Of a stretch of DNA of 64,000 nt, positions 42,566 to 55,800 are shown in pieces; within the stretch, counting starts at the first letter, position 1; every line of letters begins with the position of its first letter. The position numbers and the translations under genes were made by a program. Origin of the DNA: Azolla caroliniana (lineage: Eukaryota; Plantae; Polypodiophyta). The DNA lies in NCBI GenBank assembly GCA_043228905.1, contig JBHGNT010000009.1, forward strand, positions 21,886,001 to 21,950,000. Direction: 5' to 3'. A model generated the notes under the pieces. That model saw only the letters and a program-made list of their open reading frames with translations. It was not told the origin of the DNA and searched no databases.

Positions 42566-45500
42566 CCCACCCCCTCTGAACTTGCACATTGGTTGTGTAG
42601 AGTTCATCCAACACTTCTTCCGATTCTTTTAGTTCTTCTACTTCTTCATAAAATTCAGGCTCTAATGACTCCCTCCTTTTAAATATTTTAATCCTTTTTC
42701 TTGCAATTGGGATACGAATTTCTGTCCCATCTAATTCATTGAGGAAATATGTGGCTTTATCTGTTATTTTCCTAACTTCATAAGGTCCAAACCATCTTTT
42801 TGCAAACTTCCGAATAGTACTGTATTGATTATCTAGGCTACTATCATATACTAATACCCAATCTCCCTCTTGCACCTTTCTTGGTCGTATTCTTTTCATC
42901 TTGTCAAATCTGTCCTTATTCTTGATTCTTGCCTCTTTCATTCTAGTAGTTGCTTTTTCTATGTCTTCTGTCCTTGATTGAAGTTGTCGTATTCGAACCG
43001 CAAGTAAATCTTCCCTACTCATTTCCGATTCCCAAGGCAACACAGCCCATGTAGTTATCTTTTCTTCAATTGGCATTATTGGCTTCTGTCCTGTGATTAA
43101 TTCTATAGGCATATATCCAGTAATAGTGTTGTGAGTTGTCCTATCAGCCCATAGTGCATAGGGTAAGGTTTTTGGCCAATCACTAACCCGTCCTCTACAT
43201 GCCTTTGCCAAAGCTTTGACTATTGGCCCATGTCCCCTTTCTACCTTTCCATTAGCTTCTGGATTGTACGCCGTTGTCAGAGAAAGCCGAATTCCTATTT
43301 TGTCGAAAAAAACTTGAGCTTCCGTAGAATTGAGTTCTCCCCTATCTGCCACTATCTTCTCGATACATCCATATCTACAAACAATGTCCTCCAAGATGAA
43401 TTGACATACTCCTAATGTCCCTTTTGTTCGCAATGAACGACCTTCCACTTGATTTGTTAGATCTTCTCTAGCAAGAACCAAGTATCTCTTTTGTCCTACT
43501 CCAAGTGGCATTGTTACCAAATCTATCATCCACTTGTAATGCACCCCCGGTGAGTATGTTGGGTGTAATTCATCACAAAATTTTACGTTTGAATAATATT
43601 GACAAGTGGGACAAGTTTCCACATACTTTTTTATTTGCTCATAGTATCGAGGCCACCAAAATCGTTCTTTAATCTTACTGAAAGTGGCCCACACTCCTCG
43701 ATGACCAGCCCATTCTTTGTCATGCAGCTCTCTAATTATCTCCTTTCTTTGCCCTTCAGAACCTATTACTCTTTGCGGGTTTCCAGTCTTGGTTTTCGGA
43801 TGTCGCCATAGATATCCTTCATGTAGGAAGAACTTATGGGCTTTCTTGCGAAACTGTGTGAACTCTTTTCCAGATCGACCTTTGTACTTGTCAGGGGTTT
43901 GTAGGTATTTCCCTATTTCCTTGAATTCTTCTTCATACTCATCTTCTAGAAACTGCATTGCTCCTTCCCGGGTAATGCTTGTGGTAAGGACTGTTTGTTC
44001 TTTGTCCTCATCGTCTGAGTCTGGAATCTCCTCTTCCTCATACCTTGCTCTTGATAACATATCTGCTACTGCATTTCTATTCCTAGAGATATGTCGAACT
44101 TCAGGGTTGACTGATCTAATATAGATACACCATCTTAACATGGCTTGATCTGGAATATCACAATTAGCTATGATACCAAGAATAGGCAAACAATTTGTTT
44201 CTATTATTACTTCAGCACCAATTAAGTAATCTCTGTCTGTCTTTACTGCTGTTACTATCCCCCATAGCTCTCTTTTCACCTGTGCATATTTTCTTTGTCG
44301 ACCACTAAGAACCTTTGCCCCGAATCGGACTGGATACCTTTCTTCCCTATCTTGTTGGGTTATCACCCATCCAATTCCAATGGGACTAGAGTCTACTATG
44401 AGATATATGGGCCGGGTGTAGTCTGGTTGCTTTAATGGTGGAGCTTGTGCCAAGTAGTAATTCAATTTCTTCATTGCCTCTGAATGCTCTTCACTCCATT
44501 CAAATGTCTCTCCTTTTCTTAGGAGTCTATATAAAGGTTCAGATAAATGGGCATAATGCGGAATCCATTTACAGTAAAAAACACTTACCCCTGGAAACCT
44601 TCGTACTTCTGAGATGGATGTACATTCCTCTTGCATATTTTGAATTGCATTGACCTTGGTTGGGGATGGCTTTCTCCCGTGCGGGCCACACATATGACCA
44701 ACTATTAATGTCTCTTTTGCCCCAAATATTGACTTCGCCCATGATAAGGTCAAATGCACTTCTTCCATCCTTGATAGCACCTTCTCACAATCCTTGATAT
44801 GATCAGCAATGAATTGACGGCAACCACTTTCGTCCAATTCCTCGTTCTTCTCTTCCTCCTTGCATCCCTTAATTGGAACATCATCTAGAAAAGGCATTGT
44901 AATATGAGGAATAAAATCACGAAGTACCTTGTTCATTCCATTCATTATATGCGCCACTGAGTTGGTCGCTCCTTGCGGCAAGGTGCACATCCGTACTAAC
45001 CCTATAGGTGTCTTGATAGAAGTTATATCTCGACTTTTGATAGCAAGTTGAAATTGATCATACCCGGAGTAAAGGTCTCCCATTGAATATATAGCTCTTC
45101 CTGCAAACATCTCAGCAAACTTATCCACAATTGGCCCTACTCTTGAGTTTCGGATTGTTACCTTATTCACGGGTTGCATATCTTGGATAAATCGGAGTCG
45201 CCCATCTTTCTTTAACACAGTGAACCATCGACTCGAGTAAGGAGCGTTCGATGGTTCCAAGATACCCATCCTTATCTTTTCTTTCAAAAGTTCTAATAGT
45301 TGAGGGATTCTAGCCCTAGGCATGGGTATTGGCTTACAGTTCCATGGAATATGAGGGATAGTGAATATAACCATGGGCTCCACAATTTCTGGATCCACAC
45401 ACCCTATTTCCTCCGGTTGGAATGCGAACGCCTTTCCGTGCCTTTTTAACATCTCCCTGAACTGCTTTTCTTCAGCGGGTAATAGGAAGTCACCCCGTCC

Positions 45501-46022
45501 TATTTTCATCCCTTGTATTGTTTCCGGAGTAAACACATGTCCTACCTTTCGTGGGTCTCTGATCATTGGCTCTTTGGCTGCTTCTTTGATTGCCTTTTCA
45601 CTATCCCCTGGAAGTGGAGCAGCAATAGGACGAACCTTCTTCTCCACTATCTTGTACTTTGTTAGTACATGTGCTTCATGATCCTTTCGAGCAACTTCTT
45701 CAATGACCTCGTACATCTTGATTGAATGGACAGGAACTTGGATTTCGTTGTCTTCTTCCATTGCTTCCAAATGAGTTATTGTATCTTCAAAACTTAATTC
45801 TTCAAACATATCCTGAATTTCTTCATCATCATCTATTAATCCAGAACACTTAAAGTACTCAAAAGCATTTTGTATTTTATTATTATTTACTCTTAGTATA
45901 AAAGTAGCACCATTAGATGAGATTGTACAAGGAATATCTTTATTTACATTATTATTTATGGGGTTTTCTTTTATGTTCGGGCTATCACAGCCCCTACCTG
46001 TAAAAGCCCTATCTAAAAATCC
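42558..46022 (-). CDS. Gypsy 2 RT-RNaseH-integrase (-1 frame, open from the slippery site)
   Basis: 1083-aa ORF collinear with Gypsy 1 Pol (LPQGATNS, PFLDD, IVADRGE, WFGPY). Confidence 0.92.
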   Translation of the reverse strand, partial: GFLDRAFTGRGCDSPNIKENPINNNVNKDIPCTISSNGATFILRVNNNKIQNAFEYFKCSGLIDDDEEIQDMFEELSFEDTITHLEAMEEDNEIQVPVHSIKMYEVIEEVARKDHEAHVLTKYKIVEKKVRPIAAPLPGDSEKAIKEAAKEPMIRDPRKVGHVFTPETIQGMKIGRGDFLLPAEEKQFREMLKRHGKAFAFQPEEIGCVDPEIVEPMVIFTIPHIPWNCKPIPMPRARIPQLLELLKEKIRMGILEPSNAPYSSRWFTVLKKDGRLRFIQDMQPVNKVTIRNSRVGPIVDKFAEMFAGRAIYSMGDLYSGYDQFQLAIKSRDITSIKTPIGLVRMCTLPQGATNSVAHIMNGMNKVLRDFIPHITMPFLDDVPIKGCKEEEKNEELDESGCRQFIADHIKDCEKVLSRMEEVHLTLSWAKSIFGAKETLIVGHMCGPHGRKPSPTKVNAIQNMQEECTSISEVRRFPGVSVFYCKWIPHYAHLSEPLYRLLRKGETFEWSEEHSEAMKKLNYYLAQAPPLKQPDYTRPIYLIVDSSPIGIGWVITQQDREERYPVRFGAKVLSGRQRKYAQVKRELWGIVTAVKTDRDYLIGAEVIIETNCLPILGIIANCDIPDQAMLRWCIYIRSVNPEVRHISRNRNAVADMLSRARYEEEEIPDSDDEDKEQTVLTTSITREGAMQFLEDEYEEEFKEIGKYLQTPDKYKGRSGKEFTQFRKKAHKFFLHEGYLWRHPKTKTGNPQRVIGSEGQRKEIIRELHDKEWAGHRGVWATFSKIKERFWWPRYYEQIKKYVETCPTCQYYSNVKFCDELHPTYSPGVHYKWMIDLVTMPLGVGQKRYLVLAREDLTNQVEGRSLRTKGTLGVCQFILEDIVCRYGCIEKIVADRGELNSTEAQVFFDKIGIRLSLTTAYNPEANGKVERGHGPIVKALAKACRGRVSDWPKTLPYALWADRTTHNTITGYMPIELITGQKPIMPIEEKITTWAVLPWESEMSREDLLAVRIRQLQSRTEDIEKATTRMKEARIKNKDRFDKMKRIRPRKVQEGDWVLVYDSSLDNQYSTIRKFAKRWFGPYEVRKITDKATYFLNELDGTEIRIPIARKRIKIFKRRESLEPEFYEEVEELKESEEVLDELYTTNVQVQRGWVS

Positions 46023-48986
46023 TGGGAAAACTCTTCATCCATCTCTTGAATTGGATGTTCCCTCAAGCATTCTTTGTTTCTTTCATGGTTGGGCCTCACG
46101 GTTAAGAATTGAACAGTCTTTCTTCCATCTTGACTCTTGATTCTCGCGAAAGTCGAACCATCATCAATAACCTTTGTTTCCATCCTCATTGCGGTGATGT
46201 AGGGCTGACCAAGGATGACGGGGTAGGTTGATCGATCCTGCACAAAGAAATTTTGATTCACTGACACACCACCAATTGTTACCTTCACACTAGGACATGC
46301 TCCAAATAGATCCTCCGTAGTCTCTGTGGCAGCTCTTATTTTCCACCCATGATTCTTGTCGATCGGCCATCGTCCTCGAGCGTAAAATTCCGATGACATC
46401 ATGTTAATCTCGGATCCATGATCGATCAAAGCAATACATGGAATTTGCTGCTCCCCAATTTTTACAGGTGCCTCCGTGGTTGCTCGAGCCCAATGGTCCC
46501 TTGTATAGTGACTCCTATCCCCTTCATGGATGCCAACATCATTATGGTTTTTTACACTTGCAGCATTGATGGTGCCACCATACAAATCTTGGAGTGTTGT
46601 TGCACACCCTCCCGTAATTTCCTCCGTCACCTGTCTCTTCCTTCTAATAATATCTATGATAACTTCATGAAATTCTTTCTTTGCTATACCCAACACTTCT
46701 CTTGACGGGAACTCAACGCTCCTTATCCACGACGCTCAGCCACAACCGAGATTCTTTTCATACACAGAAAACAGGAAACGAAAAACACGCGACGCAAAGG
46801 AGAGAAAAAGGTACACAGGAGGTTTACGTGGAAAACCCCAAACTAGGGGAAAAACCACGGCAGCCCACAGGTTGCAAATTGTCACTATGTAAGAATGTAC
46901 AACCGTGAGTTCACTGAGGCAACGACCTCGTGCTCACAGATCTTCGCCACAGGCGGCGGTTACAACAAAGGCAACGACCTCTTTCTCTCTCTCTCTCTCT
47001 GTACACAGTTACGTGCTCTCGCTATACTTTTTCCAACAAGAATGACAACATCAACAACACTAAAAAAGTTTGCCCTAAGCCATATTTATACTAATATGAC
47101 TTTTCGGCTATTTACAAATATAGCCTCAATGGGCTCTCAGAAACATATTTACGAATATGTCTCTTCCTCCGGTTCTCACCGGATCTGCGTCATCCGGCTC
47201 TCCGTAGCCGGGTGCTCCTCATCCGGTTCATACCGGGTCTGCTCCATCCGGCTCTCCGTAGCCGGGTGCTCCTCTTCCGGTTCTCACCGGGCTTGTACCA
47301 TCCAGTTCTCCGTAACCGGGTACTCCTCATCCGGTTCATACCGGGTCTGCACCATCCGGCTCTCCGTAGCCGGGTACTCCTCATCCGGCTCTCCGTAGCC
47401 GGGTACTCCTCATCCGGTTCACACCGGGCCTGCACCATCCGGCTCTCCGTAGCCGGGTACTCCTCATTTGATTTCAGCCTCGGCCTATTGGCCTCGGCCG
47501 AGTTTGTTCATCGGCATTGTTCTTCTCCCTTCCCATCCAGAGAGACCTGTCTCCCAACATCTCTTAAAGTAAATTCTACCTTACTATTTAGTATTCTTGT
47601 TTCTAGTACCTTTTTTATATCCGTCGTTTCTATGTCTGAGGCAAGCTTGAAAGAAGGGCATGTCTTTCCTTTTACTTTATCAGCTTCCTTCGGCTCAGTA
47701 GCACCCTTTTCCATCTCCCTTCTCTTCTGTTCTCGTGTCTCATGTCTCTTTGTCGGATCAGCTTCCTCAGCTCTCTTCCGCTTCTCTTCCACTAGCACAT
47801 CTTGTGCATTCACTTGGGCAAATGCTGATAGCGCGTCTACTGGATCATTCCATCAAGTGAAGTTTCGTATTTCATCTCCTGCTCTTTTTAATTCATCCAC
47901 TCGAACCTTCCCTTTTCTTGCATAATCCATCACATCTTGCCAAAAGCCAGATCCACCATATGAGTCTTCTACGCGCAATCCTAAGGTTGCCACAGATTGT
48001 ATCACTTGAGTCGTTTCCCTCTCGGCATCTTCCATTAGCTTTTTCATTCCTCCTCACCCGAAGTTGAGTTGAAGTGGTTGTCGAGTCTCTGTCGAGTGAA
48101 TCTTGCCATCTTGATAGTAGATTTTATTATGATTAAGAGCATCCCTATGCTCTTGACAATCTTTCTTCTGGTGGTCGATACTATCACACCACATACACCT
48201 TCGGACCATTCCACCTCCCTGCCTTGATGAAGTTGAGCTTTGTCCCGATTCTAGCTTCGTCACTTTGATCGACAAGTCTTTCATGCCTTTCACCAATTCG
48301 TGTAAGAGTGATTCTTCTACTTTCTTTTCTCCCGACTCGTTCCCCGTTTCTTCATCATTTCTGTCGGGCAACTCCATAAACCATAACTTTCTTTTGCAGA
48401 AATGGGCGCACGCCCTTTTCACCTCCTCCCAGTCTTCGGTAAGTCCACTTGGACTATTTTGATCTTCTAAAAGCATTCCCAAGTCCTTCCTGTCTTTAAT
48501 ATTAGTGGCTTGGAGAAACAATATTACTTTATCTAGCATTAGTATATTTCTATCCCTAATATTTAATTGCTCAAATCTTTCAGAAAACTCTTTTAATACT
48601 TCCAAAACACTTAAATGTTTATTAGACTCTACCCAATCCATGAAAGCTCGCCTTGTCATGCTTGACATATCGTTGAGGTTGTATTCATTGAGTAATGCTC
48701 TTTCGAACGTTGTCCATGTCTGATTCTCCCTTTGGAGCTCTTGGATCCTCTCTTGTAGCCCAATCGCAGCGACTCGACTAAAGCTATTAATTTTTGTAGC
48801 TTCGTCGACACCGCGTTTAAGCATTTCTTCATTATAAATCTTCAGAAATCTTGTTAAATTTATACCTTTGAAGATTCCTACTCGTGCGAGAATATTGTCG
48901 ACGGCTTTGTCGATGCTTGCCATCATCCCTTGTTCCCGCATCACTCGTTCCATCATCGTACACATAAGCCTCATTTGCTCCTCCAT
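46013..48986 (-). pseudogene. Gypsy 2 Gag-protease, with stops and a solo-LTR insertion
   Basis: CMWCDSIDHQKKDC; ALIDHGSEIN; VILGQPY. Confidence 0.87.
46703..47559 (-). mobile_element. Copia solo LTR with internal tandem repeats
   Basis: Minus strand TGTTGGGAG...CCCGTCA; TSD TCTCT (46698-46702, 47560-47564); array of CCGGCTCTCCGTAGCCGGGTACTCCTCAT units at 47165-47467. Confidence 0.9.
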
Positions 48987-49025
48987 TTCTCCTCGTCGCC
49001 GCCTTCACGTCGGGTTCACCAAATG

Positions 49026-49855
49026 TGTCTTGGTAGTTGTGGTTCGTGCGGCAAAGTCGCGGGGGACTAAGGTTAAGGGGAGTTGAAGAAACTTAACTTT
49101 TAATAAGGCTTGTATGGTGATGATAGAATGGTTAAGGATAGTAAGACGAAGAGTTACGAGTAATGTGTGTGTGTGTGTGTGAGAGAGAGACGAGCATAGA
49201 TAAAAGATAGAGACAATGTATGATTTAAGAAAGAAGATTGAGACAAAGTATGATTCTAGAAACAAGAGTATATGATATAAACATGATGTATATTTAAAAA
49301 TATTATATTTTACCAACTTTACAATCCTTGATCGTAAGATGAATCTTTTCAATACCGACCCTTGATTTGAACCCACGACCTCAACTTCGAAACAAGCGGT
49401 TCTCCACCCAATGAGCTAGTCTTCTTTACTTGATTATATTATTTTCTCCCTCTCTCTTCTTGATTGATTCCTTACCTTGTTTTCCCTTTTTCCTCTTTAT
49501 ATACGTGTTACCATGCATATGGTAATGTATGGGAGCATGGCATGCATGCAATGCATGAGTTACATGTAATGCATGATCGCCATTTGGCGCACATGCATTG
49601 CATGCGATGAATGATGGCTATGTATGAAAATAGATATGGGATAAGTATGATGATGAAAATGCATTCTAAAATAATTAACCTAGCTTAGTGGTGTAGCTTG
49701 GTGCTTGGTATACAAGGTTGAGGGTTCAAGTCCCTCAATTTTACTTAATACAATATATAGCTTCATTCTTATATCATGAAGCACATTTATTACACACTTT
49801 TACAAATAAATAGCCTAGCATAGTGGTATGTACATTGTACATCGTATACAAGGAT
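49026..49855 (-). repeat. 5' LTR of Gypsy 2 (truncated by a Copia LTR)
   Basis: Repeat of 41647-42486. Confidence 0.9.
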
Positions 49856-50190
49856 TGTTGGGAAACCGTATGAGGTGTACCCGGCTGCGGAGAGCCGGAT
49901 GGTGCAGACCCGGTATGAACTGGATGAGGAGTACCCGGCTACGGAGAGCCGAATGATGCAGACCCAGTGAAGACCGGATGAGGAGTACCCGGCTACGGAG
50001 AGCCGGATGATACAGACCCGGTGAAGACCGGATGAGGAGTACCCGGCTACGGAGAACCGGATGAAGAGACATATTCGTAAATATGTTTCTGATAGTCCAT
50101 CGAGGCTATATTTGTAAATAGCCGAAAAGTTATATTAGTATAAATATGACTTAGGGCAAACCAGTTAGTGTGGTTGTCATTTCTGTTTTG
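49856..50190 (+). repeat. Truncated Copia LTR related to the 46703-47559 solo LTR
   Basis: Starts TGTTGGG; same ~60-bp tandem units and GGCTATATTTGTAAATAGCC motif. Confidence 0.8.
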
Positions 50191-50212
50191 CACGAGATCA
50201 GTGTGCGTTACT

Positions 50213-52825
50213 CAGGCTTATTCAGCCGATCCGGATCCGGTTGAGCTTGCCGCTCAACCCTCCCCCTTAAGTTCAACTTGAGGTCGGATCAAACTGTCAG
50301 TCTCCATGGCAGCCGGTCCTTCCACCCGGTTCCTTCTAGCGTCACTTTGCCTCGTTCATGCTCCTCGTCCGGTCCGGTGCGGTCCCATTTGCCGTGACCC
50401 TTCTATCTCTGCGCACCTCAACCTCCTTGGTCGACTTGTCTATTCAACATGCCCAATTCAGCTCCCTCATTGCTGTGACTTCGGTGCTCGCCGATTCGCC
50501 GATTCCTTCGTGTTGGCGTCGACTTTCACTACCTTCTCGTCATATTGGCCTTGAATTGATCCGGTTCTTCCGAATCCGTCTGTTGAACCGAATCAGTTGT
50601 CTCCGATTCGTTCCAGCTCTTGTCTGAATCGGTCGCTCCCGATTCGTTTTCCGGTTCCAGGCCCTTCACCACATTTGACCATGTCCAGGTCTTGGCCTTC
50701 TTCTTCTGGTCGGCTCTGTCCTTCTTGACTCTGCCGCCGCTACCGCTTGTTCCGACTTGTTTAGATGTGTCAACTTCCTTTGTCGACTCGGCTCCTTTCT
50801 TCTTCTTATTTCTCCCATTGTCAGTTCTTCCCTCACTAGCGCAATCGACAGTTTCTTTGCCTTTGCCCGTTCCGGTGTCTTTGCCCATTCTCCCCCTCAA
50901 GTGTGGCACGTCGAGATGTTGAACACCAAGCATTTCGGTGAAGTGCTGCAACTTGTCCGATCCGAGCAGTTTGGTGAAGATATCGGCAACTTGCCGATCC
51001 GTATGAACATACTGAAGTTCGACTTCACCGCTAAGGACATGCTCACGCATGAAGTGGTAGTGCACTTCTATGTGCTTTGTGCGAGCATGGAATACAGAGT
51101 TCTTGGCGAGCTGCATGCTGCTTATGTTGTCGCAGTAGATCAGGATCGGGGTCGGCACCTCGATCCGCAGGTCTTGCAGTAGTCGCCGAAGCCAAATGGC
51201 TTCATAGGTGGCAACGATAGCGCCCCGGTATTCAACCTCAGTGCTCGAAAGGGCCATTGTTGGCTGATTTTTGCTGCTCCACGCTATAGCCTCGCTACCA
51301 AGGGAAAACATATAGTCGGAGGTGGATCGGCGATCCGATGCATTGCCGGCCCAGTCGGCATCGGTGTAGCCGACTAGCTCTTCGGTTATACCATGCCGAT
51401 ATAACAATCCCCGTTCCTTCGTGCCGCTCACATATCGTAAAATTCGATGCGCGCACAGAAGGTGCTCCACGGTCGGCTTTTGCATATATTTGCTGATCAC
51501 GCCGACTGGATAACTAATGTCAGGTCGGGTTATTGTTAAATATATAAGGCTTCCGACGATTTGTCGGAACCGCTCCTCATTGCAGGCTGGTCCGGAGTCG
51601 GGACGAAGCTTCTAGTTCCAGTCTAGGGGTGTGGAGATCGGTCGGCATTACGTCATGCCGAACTTGTGCAGCATATTCAACACATAGTGTCTTTGTGAGA
51701 GCAATATGCCATCGAGGGTTTAGATCACCTCGATCCCAAGGAAATAGTTAAGGTCCCCCAGGTCCTTCATCTCAAATGCGTCTGACAGCTCGGGGGGCTT
51801 GCTTCAGGCCGTAAAGTGACTTCTTCAGCTGGCATACCGCCAACTTGTTCATCTCCGTCTGGAAACCAGGAGGTTGCGTCATAAAGACCTCTTCTTCAAG
51901 ATCTCCTTGAAGAAATACATTCTTCATGTCCATCTGGTGAAGATGCCACTCCCTTGCCGCAGCAACCGCCAACACCACACGAACCGTCGTCATCTTCGTT
52001 ACTGGAGCGAAGGTCTCGTCGTAGTCGATTCCGTGGGTCTGCGCGTATCCCTTCGCCATTAACCGGGCCTTGTACTGGTTAACCGAACCGTCGGCATTGT
52101 ACTTTACCTTGTACACCCACTTACATCCGATCGGTTTACAATGTCGGGGAGGGTCAACTAGGTCCCATGTGTCGTTGGCATCAAGTGCCCGTATTTCTTC
52201 CTCCATAGCAGCACGCCAATTTGTGTCCTTTTCCGCTTCTGTGTAGCTCTCCGGCTCACGCACTTCCACCACCTTGGTCATGTACGCATAGTGATGCGTC
52301 ATCTACTCATTGTACCTGTACCGTTTTACGGGGTTGTTCTGACGAGAAGACTGGCGTAGCTTATCGTTACCCAGTTTGAGGCCCTTCTTGGCCAGTTCAG
52401 ACTTCATTCTCGAAGATCCACCTTCATCCTTCCCGGAGTCGGATTCGCTTCGATTTGACTCAATGTTTCCGGTTTCGTATTCCGGCATCTTCTTCTTCCC
52501 CTTCTCTTTGCGCGTGAACCGTCTCCTTGGTTCCTTGCGTGGGGAGAGCACGGCAGTGTCTCCACTACTCGCCGTTTCCTCATCCGATTGGTCATCCCGA
52601 CTCAGCCACTTATTCGGTCCACTTAACCAAAATGAGATCAGACTCTCTTGTAGAGTGCCGAAGTCTTCATCTTCTACCTGGACATGTTCAAGCTCACTAG
52701 CCTCATCCTCCAGTATCGGGTCGGGATCAGAAGTCGGAGCGGATAAGGCATACCATGATGCCGTCTCATCAAACTCAACATCCTGGCTAACTCGAACCTG
52801 CTTCATCCAGGGGTTACAACACTTA
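50213..52825 (-). mobile_element. Copia A/B-family 3' half (integrase end, RT with internal deletion, RNase H, PPT, LTR remnant)
   Basis: [21 protein letters not shown] joined directly to [27 protein letters not shown]; 50213-50259 matches LTR 41288-41333. Confidence 0.88.
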
Positions 52826-55800
52826 TGTTAGGAAACAAGTTCCTTCTGGATGGGAAGTGAGAAGAACAGTGTTGATGAGCAAGTCAGCCGAAACCGGATG
52901 ACGAGTACCCGGCAACGGAAGACCCGAGAATCGGATGTGGCAGGCCTGGTGAGAACCTCTCATCGGATGGAAGGGACATATATGTAAATATGTTCCAGAA
53001 ATCCTACTGGGGCTATATTTGTAAATAGCCCGAAAGTCATATTAGTATAAATATGACCTAGGGCAAACTTAATAGTTATGATGTAGAGTTGGTTGTGTTA
53101 TTATCGTGGTGGCGATATAATTCAGATTGTAACTGCGTACAGAGAAGAGAGAGAGAGAGGAAGAGGTTGTTGCCTCTGTTGTAACCGCCTGGTGGCGAAG
53201 CTAGGGAGCGAGAGGTCGTTGCCTCTGTGCCCCATTGTTGTAATCTTGATATAGTGATATTTTGCAGTCTGAGGGCTGCCGTGGTTTTTCCCAGATTTGG
53301 GTTTTCCACGTTAATATCTAGTGCACTCTCTTCTTTACTGTTCTGTGTGTAGATAAATCTCACCACATCCCTGTTTTCTGTGCTTGATCCGACGTCTCGG
53401 TTGTGGCCGAGCATAGCTTAGGAAACTGTATTCCTATCAAATTGGTATCAGGGCGAAACGACACAGAAAAATGGACGATTCGTTGGGAGGCATGTTCCAG
53501 CTCACCGGCTCCAACTATTTAGTGTGGAAGTCGAAGATGAGGGACATGCTCGTGGTTAAAGATCTTTGGTTACCGGTTCAGTTCAGGCACAAGAGATCGG
53601 ACAAAATCAATGGCACGATATGGGAGGTGATGCACATGAAGACAACGGCGTACATACGGTGCTTCATCGACATGAGTCTATACAACAACTTCAATGAAGA
53701 GAGCAAGGCTCATGAGCTCTGGGAGAAGATCGGCATTATGTTTCAGAACAAAAATGTTGTTAATCATGTTTCGGTATTTCGGAAGCTAGTAAGACTCCGG
53801 TACCAAGATGGCTCCAGCATGGCGGAGCACATGAATATGCCTTCCAAGGGCTGATACACCAGGCAACATCATTGGAAGTACCTCTCGCCGATGAGGTACT
53901 AGCACTAGTCCTGCTCGGTTCCCTCCCAAATAGCTGGGAGACGTTGGTTGTCACTTTGGGCAACGCCGAGCCGGAAGGGAAACGGTTATCCCTAGCAAGA
54001 GTGAAGTCGAGCTTGCTAGATGAGGAGGCGCGTCGGAAAGACAAGGATACGAACTCCGACTCCAAAGCGCTCATTACCGAATCGGAACGCGGAAGACAAA
54101 GGAACCGTAGTCCCCAGAACGGTTCTTTTGTCAAGGGGAGGCCTACCTGCTTCTATTGTGGCAAGCCGGTCCGACACTTCTAGAAGAATTGTCGGCACTT
54201 CCAAAAATACAAGGAAACCGATGGTACCGATTCGAAGAGGACACCGGACCGGAAGAGGACGACAACAATTGCGGAAAGTGAAGAAGAGTTGATGCTCATC
54301 ACCGAGGAGAGTGAGTTGAACCTTGCCGGCGACGAGACAACCTGGGTTGTTGATTCCGGAGCGTCGTTCCACCTTACCCCGGACCGTAAATACTTCTCAT
54401 CCTACACAACCGGTGATCACGGTTGTGTCCGGATGGGGAATGAAGGTACATGCCGAATTGTCGGCATAGGAGACATGTGGTTGACAACACCAACCGGATG
54501 CAAGCTGCTGCTGAAGGATGTTTGCCACGTTCCGGAGGTTCGACTGAACCTGATATCAGCCGATCGGCTAGATGATGAAGGCTACACGGGTAGCATCCGG
54601 AACGGAGTCATGAAATTCAGCAAAGGGAGCCTAATAGTGGCTCGGGCCTGGAAGGTCAACACGTTATACCTGATGAATGCCCAGTTATGCCCGGAAGAAG
54701 TGAACATGGCTTCCGACACTTCCGGTGAGCTGTGGCACAAGAGATTGTGTCACATGAGCATGAAGGGGATGAAGAGGCTTGCCGATGACAACCTCATTCC
54801 GGTGAAGAACGTGCATCTTGAGAAGTGCACCGACTGCCTAGCCGGTAAGCAAAACCGGACCTCCTTCCGATCAAGGCCACCGATGAGATGTAATGGACCA
54901 CTGGAGTTGGTGCATACTGATGTGTGTCAAGTGGACACAAAGTCACATGCCGGATCGCAGTACTTCGTGACGTTCATAGATGACCACAGCCGGAAGCTAT
55001 GGGCCACCCCGTTGAAGACGAAGGATCAGGTGTTGTCCGTCTTCAAAGAGCTCCACGCGAGAGTGGAAATAGAAACCAGCCGAAGCTGAAGGCGGTTCGA
55101 GCAGATAACGGAGGAGAATACCGGGGGCAATTCGAGGAGTACTACCGCTCGAAGGGAATCCGGCTCGAATTTACCGTGCCGAAGACGCCAGAACTAAACT
55201 GGCTGGCCGAGAGGATGAACCGGACCATAATGGAGAGGGTCCGGAGTATGCTTGTGCATGCAAAATTACCCAAGACATTTTGGGTTGAGGCACTGTCTGT
55301 TGGGATTTCGGTCCCTTCGGATGGGATGGTCGGATGTCGGAGACGAATGCCGACAAGCCCGGTTGCGGTTTCGGAACCGGATGATGAAGACCCCGGTTTC
55401 GGAACCGGATGATGAAGACCCCGGTTTCGGAGCCGGATGACGAATGTACCCGGAGAGAGATCCGGATGCGGGGACATATCTGAGAATATGTTTGCCAAGG
55501 GCCCTTGAGGCTATAGTTGTAAATAGCCCCAAAGTCATATGAGTATAAATATGACTTAGGGCAAACAGTTTTACTGTTGCTACTCATTTTTCTGTTTTTC
55601 CACTCAAGAGGAGTGAAGAGGGAGCAGCCGAGAGAGAGAGAGAGAGAGATAGAGCGTGAGAGAGGAAGAGGACGACGCCTCTTTGTATTTCCGCCTCCTG
55701 TGGCGAGGACAGCGAGCTCAAGGTCGTCGCCTTGCAGCTCGCCATTGTATACTTCTCTGTATAGTGTTAGTTTGGAGTCTTGTACTCCCGTAGTTTTTCA

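Larger units (their letters stand above)
41647..49855 (-). mobile_element. Ty3/Gypsy 2 (Trp-primed, same lineage as Gypsy 1, different family)
   Basis: LTRs 41647-42565 and 49026-49855 (truncated). PBS TTCACGTCGGGTTCACCA at 49004-49021. PPT 42566-42577. Gag-PR and RT-RH-INT. Confidence 0.93.

Noticed and set aside
47165-47467. CRISPR-like array
   Set aside because: Tandem units without unique spacers inside a Copia LTR in a eukaryotic context; no cas genes.
50213-52825. Missing 3' half of Copia B (22983-41333)
   Set aside because: It lies on the wrong side of Copia B's 5' LTR for a minus-strand element, so it is a separate copy.
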